Origin: Poseidonia sp.
GTDB lineage: Archaea; Thermoplasmatota; Poseidoniia; Poseidoniales; Poseidoniaceae
DNA: 60,086 nucleotides
Reading direction: 5' to 3'
Assembly: GCA_030827475.1 (NCBI GenBank)
Contig: JAUREJ010000009.1
Location: forward strand, 1 to 60,086
The notes beneath the pieces were generated by a model. That model did not search any database, had not been told where the DNA came from, and was given only the letters and a program-made list of their open reading frames with translations. The position numbers were made by a program, and so were the translations under genes. Below, one piece after another: positions 28,212-37,268 of the stretch; the stretch's first letter is position 1; each line of letters begins with the position of its first letter.

Positions 28212-28403
28212 ATGAAGCGTGTTGAAAAGCACATTGACGCCACACGAGACGCTCTTGAGGACCTGGAAATTGAGTTTGAGGTCCTCAAAGCCTCCGTGAA
28301 ACGCCTTCGGGATGCCACTCCCGAAGAGGTCCCCGTTGAAGAGGTCGAAGAAGAGGCCGACATCGAGAATTCAACCAACACCACCGCCTTGCGGAAGTTT
28401 TGA
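28212..28403 (+). CDS. Small coiled-coil hypothetical protein
   Basis: 63 aa with a heptad pattern and acidic tail. It fills an intergenic gap. Confidence 0.55.
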   Translation: MKRVEKHIDATRDALEDLEIEFEVLKASVKRLRDATPEEVPVEEVEEEADIENSTNTTALRKF

Positions 28404-28407
28404 CCCT

Positions 28408-29397
28408 TCACCGGCGAAGGACAGTCTCACGATTCGCCCACATCGCTATCCAATGTGCAAGGTTGGCATCCAAACCGGGCGGTTGAATTCGGCATCCACA
28501 GGCGTTGGCGTGGCCGCCGCCCGTCGGGTCAAGCGCCGTTGCAAGCCGCGAGAGGTCGTAGCGCCCCTGGCCGTTTGGGAGGAAGGAATTGGCGTAGAAG
28601 CTCGCCGAAAGAGGAGGGTGATGCGGGTCCTCAAGCCGTCCGTCGGCGTACCCGTGAACGATGCAACACGCATCCGCATCGCTGCCGGCCCACGCCGTGA
28701 CGAGATAACCGTTTGACCGCAACGGGGTCTCATCAAAACGGCAAACGGCCAAGCGGTCGACGATGGTGGTGTTCGTGTTGACATGTTCGAGCGCAACGCT
28801 TCGTTCCTCAACCACTGCTCGACGACGCTCCAGAACGATGGGGTCGTTGATCAGCACCTCGTGCGTGGCTCCCGATGTGAGTAAACCAACGAGATGACGC
28901 ATGTATTCCGGGTCCCTTGATGTGCATGTTCGGGCGACTTGGAGCAAAGGGCCGTCTTCAAGGAACGCTTCCTTGGAGATACCCCCCGAATCAAGGGCGT
29001 CAACCACCGGCATCATGTCGGCCAAATGGCCCATCTCGGTGATGTCGACCAACAGGTCGTAGGCCAACCGCGCTGCGGACGGGGTCGCTTCCCAATGTTG
29101 CGTCCCTCCGGATGCAGCAAAGGCCGTCGCCTGCTCGTCGTCGGGACGGTTGGTCGTGTGATGGTCGACGTACCATCCGCACTCGGGGTGAAACGGGAGG
29201 TCAACCAACGCCGTTTCCCGGTCAACGAGTTCGTCCACGATGCCCGAACGCATGGCGGCAGCGTGGGTGAAGTGGACCTCGGCTTCAGGCCGGTAGGCCT
29301 TGAGCACGGCAGCCCCAAACAAGCCGTCCATGTCCGAATCGGCCAAAATGCGGGTGTAAAAGGGAACTTCACCCTCGCTTAACGGCCGCACAGGCAT
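28408..29397 (-). CDS. DHH-family phosphoesterase
   Basis: DSDMDG, LVDL, VDHH and C-terminal GGGHANACG. Confidence 0.88.
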   Translation of the reverse strand: MPVRPLSEGEVPFYTRILADSDMDGLFGAAVLKAYRPEAEVHFTHAAAMRSGIVDELVDRETALVDLPFHPECGWYVDHHTTNRPDDEQATAFAASGGTQHWEATPSAARLAYDLLVDITEMGHLADMMPVVDALDSGGISKEAFLEDGPLLQVARTCTSRDPEYMRHLVGLLTSGATHEVLINDPIVLERRRAVVEERSVALEHVNTNTTIVDRLAVCRFDETPLRSNGYLVTAWAGSDADACCIVHGYADGRLEDPHHPPLSASFYANSFLPNGQGRYDLSRLATALDPTGGGHANACGCRIQPPGLDANLAHWIAMWANRETVLRR

Positions 29398-29483
29398 GGT
29401 TCTCCTCCACGAACGGCCATCCATGAAGGTTCGGTGAAGGCTCGCCGTTACGACCATGAACGAGAACCGATGGGCTCACCATC

Positions 29484-29894
29484 ATGGAGACCTCGTGCGG
29501 CGTGGTGTTGGTGAACTACGGGACCGTCTTGTTGCTCCAATACCCGCAAGGTCACTGGGACCTTCCGAAAGGGCATGTGGAGGGCGACGATGCGAATCGG
29601 CACGAAACGATGCTGCGCGAACTGGCCGAGGAAACCGGCATACGCGACGTGACCATCATCGATGGATTTGAGGAGCGTACCGAGTACACGTTCCGCCACA
29701 AAGGCAAGCGTCAGACGAAGGAAGTTTACTGGTACTATGCCGAAACCGAAGAACTCAGCGTGACGCTCTCCCACGAACACCGAGGTTACCTCTGGTTGGA
29801 CTGGGAACAAGCGCTGGATACCATCACCCACGACGAGACCCGAGCGGTTGTTGAACAAGCCCATCGCTTTGCGCAACTCCACGGTCGACAATGA
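29484..29894 (+). CDS. NUDIX hydrolase (Ap4A hydrolase-like)
   Basis: SCGVV, HWDLPKGHVE...RELAEETGI, LSHEH. Confidence 0.9.
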   Translation: METSCGVVLVNYGTVLLLQYPQGHWDLPKGHVEGDDANRHETMLRELAEETGIRDVTIIDGFEERTEYTFRHKGKRQTKEVYWYYAETEELSVTLSHEHRGYLWLDWEQALDTITHDETRAVVEQAHRFAQLHGRQ

Positions 29895-30590
29895 TCAGAG
29901 CGTGGAAAAGTCATCGTCGTTGGAGCGAATCTGGGCTACACGATGAGCCACACCTCGTTCGGAAGGGCGTTTTCCGAGGGGCACCCAAAGCGTCTCGTCT
30001 TCGTTCAGCATGTGCCCGACCCAGCGACCGAGGACAAAGAGCCAGTCAGAAAGCCGGTTGAGGTAGACGAGCACGACAGAGCGCACCGCCCCATCACCTT
30101 CGTGTTCACCGAGTTGGACAGCGGCCCGCTCCAAACGCCGTGTCACCGTTCGCGCAAGGTGAAGAAAGGCGACCGGGGGTGACCCGGTTGGAAGAATGAA
30201 ACTCGTTAGTTCGGGAAGGTCTTCCAGCCAAGCGTCCATCTCGGCCACCAAGACATCGGTTTGGGCTTCGGAGAGAAGCACCATGTATTCGGGAAGGGTT
30301 GCCGGAGGACAGGCCAACTCTGCTCCAAGGTCAAACAATTCGTTTTGAACCCTTGAAAGGGCTTCACAAGCGACGTTTTGAACACGCTTCGCTCCCGTTC
30401 GATCGCCCCCGTCTTCATGCTCGGGCAATCGCTCCAATTCCATCAAGACCGTTCCAATCCAACTGTTCACTTCGTCGCAAACCCCAACAACGTCAAACCT
30501 TGGGTCACCTTTTGACCGACGAGAGCCGTCAACCAAGGAAGATTCACCTCCATCACCACCGCCGGTGTATACGCGATTGATTCGAACCAT
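29895..30590 (-). CDS. ATP:cob(I)alamin adenosyltransferase (PduO type)
   Basis: VYTGGGDGGESSL, DEVNS, QNELFDLGAELA, FILP, ARTVTRRLER, YLNRLSDWLF. Confidence 0.93.
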   Translation of the reverse strand: MVRINRVYTGGGDGGESSLVDGSRRSKGDPRFDVVGVCDEVNSWIGTVLMELERLPEHEDGGDRTGAKRVQNVACEALSRVQNELFDLGAELACPPATLPEYMVLLSEAQTDVLVAEMDAWLEDLPELTSFILPTGSPPVAFLHLARTVTRRLERAAVQLGEHEGDGAVRSVVLVYLNRLSDWLFVLGRWVGHMLNEDETLWVPLGKRPSERGVAHRVAQIRSNDDDFSTL

Positions 30591-30614
30591 GCGCTCCCCT
30601 CAAGGCCTGCGAGG

Positions 30615-31121
30615 TCAAGCTTCTATGAGGGGTTTGCGGGAAGGAAAGCCTTCCTCCATTCGGTAATACCACTCGATATCTTCTTCGCCAACCGCCCACG
30701 AAAACAAGGCCATTCGTCGGTCGACCACCCCGTACCATTCCAAACGCCCGGGTTCCATGGAGACGATCCGAGCACCCACCGATTCGAGCCGTGCGACGTT
30801 CGCTTGCCACTGCGCAACGAGTTGACCGAGGTGTTCAGCCACCTCCATCACGTGCGGGTGGGTCATGGGGAACCGGTCAAGCAACATCTCCAATTCATCG
30901 GTGACGTCATGTGCTTCATCGCTCATCGCTTGAAGCACCATCAACACGCTGCTCGCCTCACTCAGCGATGCTCGGGCGGATTCGATGGTCACGACCACGG
31001 CACCGTCAGGAAGCGGATACGGGATGGGTTCGTCGGGCGAAAGTTCGTCGAGTTCCATGGGGAGTCCCGAATAGGACGGTTGGTCTTTGGGGAAACTCAC
31101 GGAGAACCCTTGACTTGACAC
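30615..31121 (-). CDS. DUF2203-like protein
   Basis: TIESARA..., coiled segment, then G...LFSWAVGEEDIEWYY...EGFPSRKPL. Confidence 0.7.
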   Translation of the reverse strand: MSSQGFSVSFPKDQPSYSGLPMELDELSPDEPIPYPLPDGAVVVTIESARASLSEASSVLMVLQAMSDEAHDVTDELEMLLDRFPMTHPHVMEVAEHLGQLVAQWQANVARLESVGARIVSMEPGRLEWYGVVDRRMALFSWAVGEEDIEWYYRMEEGFPSRKPLIEA

Positions 31122-31195
31122 CCTTTCAACTCATCGGAAGAGAAACATGAAAAAACCGGCTTTTTGGGCGAAAATCAAACATCCGACCAGACCAA

Positions 31196-31462
31196 TCACA
31201 CAGAGAGTGCGGATGGAGCAGAGGATTGCGTGCGCAGGCGGCGAAGTTTGAGCCACCCCACCGCCACCAAGCCAACCCACATCCCGAGTTCGAGCACGAC
31301 GACAAGGTAGTACACCGGGCCAAGCGATTTCAGCATCGAAACCGCATCGTAAGGCAAACCATGGACGGCCATGTAGGCGGACTGAGACAGCAGGCTTGAT
31401 GAGAACCAGACGAGGACGGCGAACCAAAGGATGTTACCGAGGGGCCAATCTTTAGCGGGCAT
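31196..31462 (-). CDS. Small two-TM hypothetical protein
   Basis: Two hydrophobic helices, co-oriented with neighbours. Confidence 0.6.
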   Translation of the reverse strand: MPAKDWPLGNILWFAVLVWFSSSLLSQSAYMAVHGLPYDAVSMLKSLGPVYYLVVVLELGMWVGLVAVGWLKLRRLRTQSSAPSALSV

Positions 31463-31549
31463 TCGTGTGTTTTCCACGTTCCTATATCAGCATGAAAGGA
31501 TATAAGACCTCGTTTTGGTTGTGCATGACTTCCCCGAATTCCGACAGTC

Positions 31550-32311
31550 TCACTCGCTCTCCGACACCGATTCCTCATCAAGAGAGGGGGAAAATGGACG
31601 GTTCATGTCTTCCAGGGCCCGTTCCACGGCGCCGATCCATGCCGGTGCAACTGCCGCCTCGCCCCCCGCATCCTCAAAGGCTTCGAGCCACGTCTGAGCC
31701 ATCCGCTCATCACCAAGGAAGGTGTGAATGCGATGAAGTGCCACATACGCCATCGGGTTAAGGTGTTCCTCGTCGGCATCCCAGCCACGTTCAAAGCAAG
31801 AGATGGCTCCGTGGTCCCCTTCCAGTTGCCCGCGCTGCAACGCCACCATGCCCGCTTGGCTCCAGGCCAAGGGCAAGCGTCCGATGAGCAAACCCCGGAA
31901 CACCAACCACGTCTGACCGCCGCCGAGCAGCACCAACATCGCAAAACCTGCCCATTGTTCGAACATGGTCAATTCGGGCCATGTTTGGACCATCAAGCCC
32001 CCAGCACCAACACAAAACAGGAACCCTGACATGGGGGCGATGAACACGTCGCGTCGCGTTCGAACCATGTGGTGCACACCGGCGAGGACACCGAAAGAAC
32101 CGATGCCGAGCACAACCATCAGCAAGAAGGAAAGCGCCATTGGACGAGGAGCTTGCTCACCGACGGCGAGCAGCGAGGTGAGGGAGAAAAGCACCCAACC
32201 AAATCGCCTGGAAATTTCCGGGAAGGGTTGGTGGCGACTGCCGACCAGCAGAGCAACGGACACCGTCACCATCCCGATGAGAACAAGCCATTTGCCGGTC
32301 GTTTCGTCCAA
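31550..32311 (-). CDS. Multi-TM hypothetical protein with C-terminal TPR-like helices
   Basis: About 5 TM segments followed by WSQAGMVALQRG...AISCFERG. Confidence 0.65.
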   Translation of the reverse strand: MDETTGKWLVLIGMVTVSVALLVGSRHQPFPEISRRFGWVLFSLTSLLAVGEQAPRPMALSFLLMVVLGIGSFGVLAGVHHMVRTRRDVFIAPMSGFLFCVGAGGLMVQTWPELTMFEQWAGFAMLVLLGGGQTWLVFRGLLIGRLPLAWSQAGMVALQRGQLEGDHGAISCFERGWDADEEHLNPMAYVALHRIHTFLGDERMAQTWLEAFEDAGGEAAVAPAWIGAVERALEDMNRPFSPSLDEESVSESE

Positions 32312-32351
32312 AATTTGCCCTCCTCATCCCTCAACGCCCAAAGGTGTCCTT

Positions 32352-32786
32352 TCATCCTTTGTGATATCCCGAGCCCCGTTGAATTTCGCTTGCGCGGTAG
32401 ACCTGCTCCACCAACACGACCGCCGCCAATTCATGCGGGAAGGTCATCGGCGAAAGCGATAACCGCTGAACTGGGTCGAGGATACGCAGGTCAGGCCAGC
32501 CTTCGGCCGGTCCGATGGCGAGGTGAACCGCTTCGCTTCCAAGTTGCCAAGTGTCAAAGCGCTCTGCGAAGGCCAACGAATCACCGATTTCGCCACCCTC
32601 ATCCAGCAACACCAGAGCTCCACCGGCACCGAGCAATCGGTTGACGTAGGCTTCGGGCGTCAGCTTGGACGGGTGATGTTCGATGCGCACACCTCTTGTC
32701 TTCAAACGGTCGCCGTACATGGACACCAACTGTTTGAACGCCGCTTCTTTCGGCACGCCGTGGGTGTGCAGAACGAGACGACCCAT
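32352..32786 (-). CDS. rlmH: 23S rRNA (pseudouridine-N3)-methyltransferase RlmH (SPOUT)
   Basis: [36 protein letters not shown]...GSGYHK. Confidence 0.9.
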   Translation of the reverse strand: MGRLVLHTHGVPKEAAFKQLVSMYGDRLKTRGVRIEHHPSKLTPEAYVNRLLGAGGALVLLDEGGEIGDSLAFAERFDTWQLGSEAVHLAIGPAEGWPDLRILDPVQRLSLSPMTFPHELAAVVLVEQVYRASEIQRGSGYHKG

Positions 32787-32863
32787 GCCCCACCGAGAAA
32801 CGACGCCGATTTCAAACCTCGGCGAATAAACAACTCCTTGAACCCCAAGGCCGGCAGCACACC

Positions 32864-33202
32864 ATGGGATGGTGGCCCTTTGGGAAGAAACGCCCCTCTT
32901 CCGGCCCCAACAACGATCCGATTCTCAAGGACACACGGACCTGGTTGTCCGAACTGCGGGACGCTTGCGAGTTGAACTTTGACAACCCTGAAGAGGCTCG
33001 TCGTCAAATCCGCCACATGCAGGTGGAATGGAAGGACGCCATGGACCTTGGCGAGATGGCCCCCCCTCTGCGGGAAGGTTTGGAGAGTCGAGCGTTTCGT
33101 CTGTTGACGTGCACCGACAAGGAATGGTTGGTGTGGCTTGACGACTTGGCGTTTTGGAAAGCAGGTTGGAAACCATCACAAGGCGACGAGAACGAGGCTT
33201 GA
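32864..33202 (+). CDS. Hypothetical Trp-rich helical protein
   Basis: 112-aa ORF with a TTGAAC box 26 nt upstream. Confidence 0.6.
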   Translation: MGWWPFGKKRPSSGPNNDPILKDTRTWLSELRDACELNFDNPEEARRQIRHMQVEWKDAMDLGEMAPPLREGLESRAFRLLTCTDKEWLVWLDDLAFWKAGWKPSQGDENEA

Positions 33203-33227
33203 AGAAGGAAGGTCCCCACCAAGCATC

Positions 33228-33920
33228 ATGCCTCAATCGTCGCAATTACACATCCTCTATTCCTGTCCGTTCTGCTGGAAGGTTCGTGGCCTCATCGAGC
33301 ACCTTGACCTCGATGTGGAGTATGTCGGCGTCAACGGCATGAAAATTCGCAAAGAAGTGGCCTTTGCCGGCGATTGGGGAAAAGTCCCCGTGTTCACCGA
33401 TGAAAACGGAGAACACCACGTGGATTCCACCCCGCTTTTGCGCCACATTGACGCCACCTACAACGGTGGAAAACTCGCCGCCATCGGTGATGCGGAAAGG
33501 CAGGATACATGGATGGAATGGGTTGACACCCACCTCTCCAAAGCCACCGTTCCCATCCTCTACGGGTCGCTGGGATCAGCGTTGAAAACGACCACCCGGA
33601 TTTCCAAAATCGAGACCTTTGGATTCTTCTCAAAGCGCCTCTATGCCTGGGCAGGTTTTCCAATCATGTGGGGCATCATCGCCCGAAAACGGGTCAAGCG
33701 CGACGGGCGGCGTCCCAAGCAACTCTGGCACGATTTGCTCGGCGAATTCACCGACGCGCACAACGGCAAACCCTTCTTTGGTGGCGAGCAACCGGATTTG
33801 GTCGACTTTGCAGCCTTTGGCTACATGCGTTCGGTCTCGCCTTTCCCCCAATTTGCTTTGCTAAGCGACCATGCAGCCGGCATGGCGTGGTACCGACGGA
33901 TGGAAGGGACCCTTGCGTGA
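33228..33920 (+). CDS. Glutaredoxin/GST-fold protein (mPGES-2-like)
   Basis: SCPFCWKVR, KVPV, DST, FFGGEQPDLVDFAAFG. Confidence 0.85.
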   Translation: MPQSSQLHILYSCPFCWKVRGLIEHLDLDVEYVGVNGMKIRKEVAFAGDWGKVPVFTDENGEHHVDSTPLLRHIDATYNGGKLAAIGDAERQDTWMEWVDTHLSKATVPILYGSLGSALKTTTRISKIETFGFFSKRLYAWAGFPIMWGIIARKRVKRDGRRPKQLWHDLLGEFTDAHNGKPFFGGEQPDLVDFAAFGYMRSVSPFPQFALLSDHAAGMAWYRRMEGTLA

Positions 33921-33929
33921 GGTGGGACC

Positions 33930-34772
33930 GTGTCGGTCACCCTTAACGGCCTGACCTTCGCTCGAGTTGATCCCGCTACCACCGTTTTGGGAACGACAAA
34001 GGGGGGATGGGTTTACGCCAGCCAACGGCCCTGCTACGAGGCAAAACTTCCGCAATTTTTCGTCATGAACAACCCGCTCACGGAGCGCGACGTGGCCGTC
34101 GCCCTCGGATTGCCCTCGGCGAATGAAAAACCCGATGAGATCATGGAAGCCTTGACCTCGGACGACCTCAACGAACTCGCAAGCCATGTGATGGCCGGAG
34201 AGGATTTTCGAGCGTTTACGGCCCAGCAGGATGGCCTTTGGGAGGTGCGAGCCTTGAGCGAGAGCGAATGGAAAACCGCAACCTCGCAAAACCTGCTCAA
34301 CCTCAGCCCCGGCCTTACCGAACGCTTGTGCGACGCTCCCGCATCCAACAACCGAGGCGCCATGATGGACGGTCGCCCCCGACCCAACGAAGTCTTGGGC
34401 CCGGCTTCCCATCAGGTCGCCGCCATGGCCGTCCATCCAAAAAACACCGAAATCACCGCCCTCACCAGCGTACCACGAGAACGACCGTTGCCCAACGTCG
34501 TGACCCGACTTGCATTAACACCCCTGCGTCAAGGCTCCCCAAAGCGGGTGCCCGAAGCGACCGACCGCTGGTCAAACGTGCGCTCTGAACTGCTGTGGAC
34601 AACCGTACTCGGTATCGTGCCGTCCTTCCTGATTCCGGTCCTCCGAGGGATGAGCGGTTATGCGGTTGACGGATGGGCTAACCTGCTCTTTGGAGGCTTG
34701 TGCGCTGGGTTCCTCACCGGAGCGATTTGGCGACCAAAACGGCCGTTGCTTCGCTACGATGACGTGTCCTGA
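33930..34772 (+). CDS. Degenerate FGE-sulfatase-like domain protein with two C-terminal TM
   Basis: RPCYEAKLPQFFVMNNPLT and RALSESEWKTA echo FGE-family motifs (RLPTEAEWEYA). Confidence 0.55.
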   Translation: MSVTLNGLTFARVDPATTVLGTTKGGWVYASQRPCYEAKLPQFFVMNNPLTERDVAVALGLPSANEKPDEIMEALTSDDLNELASHVMAGEDFRAFTAQQDGLWEVRALSESEWKTATSQNLLNLSPGLTERLCDAPASNNRGAMMDGRPRPNEVLGPASHQVAAMAVHPKNTEITALTSVPRERPLPNVVTRLALTPLRQGSPKRVPEATDRWSNVRSELLWTTVLGIVPSFLIPVLRGMSGYAVDGWANLLFGGLCAGFLTGAIWRPKRPLLRYDDVS

Positions 34773-37078
34773 CCTTGGGTCAGCGTGGCCCAAACCTTGT
34801 CCTTACGAAGCGAATCGGCCGTGCAAATGGTGGCCATATTCACGATGTGGCGAACACCGTCTTGGCGTGCGACGAGTTGCACGGGTTGAGCCATGCCCTC
34901 CAAGATAGGGCCCGTCATCTCCGCATCGCCGAGCTCCTCGAGCAATTTGTAGGCAATGTTTGCCGAGGCGAGGTTGGGTAAAATCAACACGTTGGCGGGA
35001 CCGACGAGTTCCATGAACGGGTATTCTTCCTGAACCGCTGGATTGAGGGCCGTGTCGCCTTGCATCGGTCCGTCGATCATCAAGGTAGGGTCGAGCGTCC
35101 GGGCGATTTGGACCGCCTCTTCGATGCGTTGGCTTCGCTGAGCGCGAGTGGACCCGAAGTTGGAAAACGAAAGCATCGCCACCCGAGGAGCCACACCAAA
35201 TCGGCGTGCAACCTTCGCGGTCTGGACGGCAATTTCAGCCAACGTTCGACTGTCAGGGTAGACGTTCACGGTCGCATCCGCGAGGAAGATGGTGCGGCCC
35301 TTGACGTTCATCATGTAGCAGCCGATGACGCAATGTGCGTCGTCCGCTTTGCCGATGAGTTCCAGCGTAGGTCGAAGCACATCAGCGTAATTCCGACTCA
35401 CGCCTCCGACAAAACCGTCGGCATCCCCTGAATGAACCATTTGCGCCGCAAAATAAGGTCGGCTCTTCAGCAGGCGAGCAGCATCGAGCCAGGTGGTCCC
35501 CTTACGTTGTCGTCGCTTGAAGAAGGCGTTGGCGTAGACGGTTTTTCGCCGCTCGTCGTAGCGGGGGTCGCAGGCTTCGTAGGCGAAGTTCAAACCGAGT
35601 TCCTCAACCATGCGGTTGATGCGGTCAACCGGCCCGAGCAAGATGGGAGAGCAGATGTTTTGATCAACCAATTGAGCCGCTGCCCGAAGCACGGATTCTT
35701 TGTCGCCTTCAGGGAAAACGATGCGCTTGCCTTTGCCTTTGACCTGGTTGATAACTTGACGCATGACGGAGTAGGATTCACCAAGGCGTGCTTCCAACTC
35801 CTCGCGATAGCGAACCAGGCTGAATTCTTCGGACGTTACCCCCGCAACGCCTTCCTCGATCGCGGCTTCTGCGACGGCAGCGGCTTCCCAGATCAAAACA
35901 CGCCGGTCAAAGGGTTTGGGAATGATGTATTCCGGCCCGTATTGCATGACGACGCCGTCATAAGCTGCTGAAATGTAGTCGGGTACCGGTTCTTTGGCCA
36001 AGGCTGCGAGCGCCCGAGTAGCGGCCATTTTCATGTTTTGCGTGATGTCCCTCGCCCGCACGTCAAGAGCGCCACGGAAGATGTAAGGGAAGCCAAGCAC
36101 GTTGTTGACTTGATTCGGATAATCCGACCGCCCTGTGGCGATGATGGCGTCGTTGCGAACCTTCAGCACCTCTTCAGGCGTGATTTCCGGCGTGGGGTTG
36201 GCCAAAGCGAAGATAATGGGATTCTCGGCCATGCTGGCGACCATCTTTCCTGTGACAAGACCACCGCGTGAAAGCCCAAGCATCACGTCAGCACCTTTCA
36301 GTGCATCCGCAAGTTCGCCTGCGGGCCGATCGTGGGCGAACGGCGCTTTGTATTCGTTCAGTTCACCGGCATCCAACCGAGCCTTGGTCACGATGCCTTG
36401 GCTGTCGACCAGGGTGATGTTGGCCATCGAAACCCCAACGGCAACGTAGTGATTTGCACAGGCGATGGCCGATGCTCCAGCCCCGATGACCACGACCTTC
36501 AGGTCACTCAAGGCCTTTCCTTGGAGTTCGGCAGCGTTCAAGAGGGCTGCAGCAGAGATGATGGCGGTGCCGTGTTGGTCGTCGTGCATCACCGGGATAT
36601 CGGTCGCTTCGGCAATCCGTCGCTCGATTTCAAAACATTCAGGCGCCTTGATGTCCTCAAGATTGATGCCTCCAAAGGTTTTCGAGATGTTGACCACGGT
36701 GTTGATGAATTCCTCCGAGTCTTCAGTATCAACTTCGATGTCAAACACATCGATGCCGGCGAAGGTCTTCAGCAAGAGACCCTTGCCCTCCATCACGGGC
36801 TTGCTCGCCAGCGCCCCAATGTTGCCGAGCCCGAGCACAGCGGTCCCGTTTGAAATCACGGCGACAAGGTTGCCTTTGGAGGTGTACCGGTAAGCATCTT
36901 CCGGACGCTTTTCAATCTCAAGGCAGGGGTAAGCCACGCCCGGGGAATACGCAAGGCTCAGTTCGTGGGCCGTCGAATGCGGTTTGGTGGGGACGACCTT
37001 GATCTTCCCCTTTGGCTCCGCTTCGTGGTACTCAAGCGCTTCCTTACGGAGAAGGCGATCCTTTTTGTTGAGCGACAT
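34754..37078 (-). CDS. maeB: NADP-dependent malic enzyme with PTA-like domain
   Basis: LSLAYSPGVA, SKPVMEGKG, INLEDIKAPECF, HDDQHGTA, GRSDYPNQVNNVLGFP, then RIVFPEG...LSFSNFGS. Confidence 0.96.
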   Translation of the reverse strand: MSLNKKDRLLRKEALEYHEAEPKGKIKVVPTKPHSTAHELSLAYSPGVAYPCLEIEKRPEDAYRYTSKGNLVAVISNGTAVLGLGNIGALASKPVMEGKGLLLKTFAGIDVFDIEVDTEDSEEFINTVVNISKTFGGINLEDIKAPECFEIERRIAEATDIPVMHDDQHGTAIISAAALLNAAELQGKALSDLKVVVIGAGASAIACANHYVAVGVSMANITLVDSQGIVTKARLDAGELNEYKAPFAHDRPAGELADALKGADVMLGLSRGGLVTGKMVASMAENPIIFALANPTPEITPEEVLKVRNDAIIATGRSDYPNQVNNVLGFPYIFRGALDVRARDITQNMKMAATRALAALAKEPVPDYISAAYDGVVMQYGPEYIIPKPFDRRVLIWEAAAVAEAAIEEGVAGVTSEEFSLVRYREELEARLGESYSVMRQVINQVKGKGKRIVFPEGDKESVLRAAAQLVDQNICSPILLGPVDRINRMVEELGLNFAYEACDPRYDERRKTVYANAFFKRRQRKGTTWLDAARLLKSRPYFAAQMVHSGDADGFVGGVSRNYADVLRPTLELIGKADDAHCVIGCYMMNVKGRTIFLADATVNVYPDSRTLAEIAVQTAKVARRFGVAPRVAMLSFSNFGSTRAQRSQRIEEAVQIARTLDPTLMIDGPMQGDTALNPAVQEEYPFMELVGPANVLILPNLASANIAYKLLEELGDAEMTGPILEGMAQPVQLVARQDGVRHIVNMATICTADSLRKDKVWATLTQGQDTSS

Positions 37079-37268
37079 ACGAAGTCCCAGCACAATCGGG
37101 GAGGAAGAGGTGTTTGAGTCTTGTGCGGAAACGAACCGTCCGAGCACCAATCCAAGGACCAACAGCGACGGCGGAACCGAAACGAATCCGTTTTGTTCCA
37201 AAATCACTGAAGCGTTGTTCCAGCAATCAAGGGCCTGTTTCAAATACGGGGAAAGACCCGTTTCGTTC

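Noticed and set aside
31149-31165. AAAAAACCGGCTTTTT hairpin/T-run
   Set aside because: Possibly an ordinary terminator, but too short and imperfect to call.
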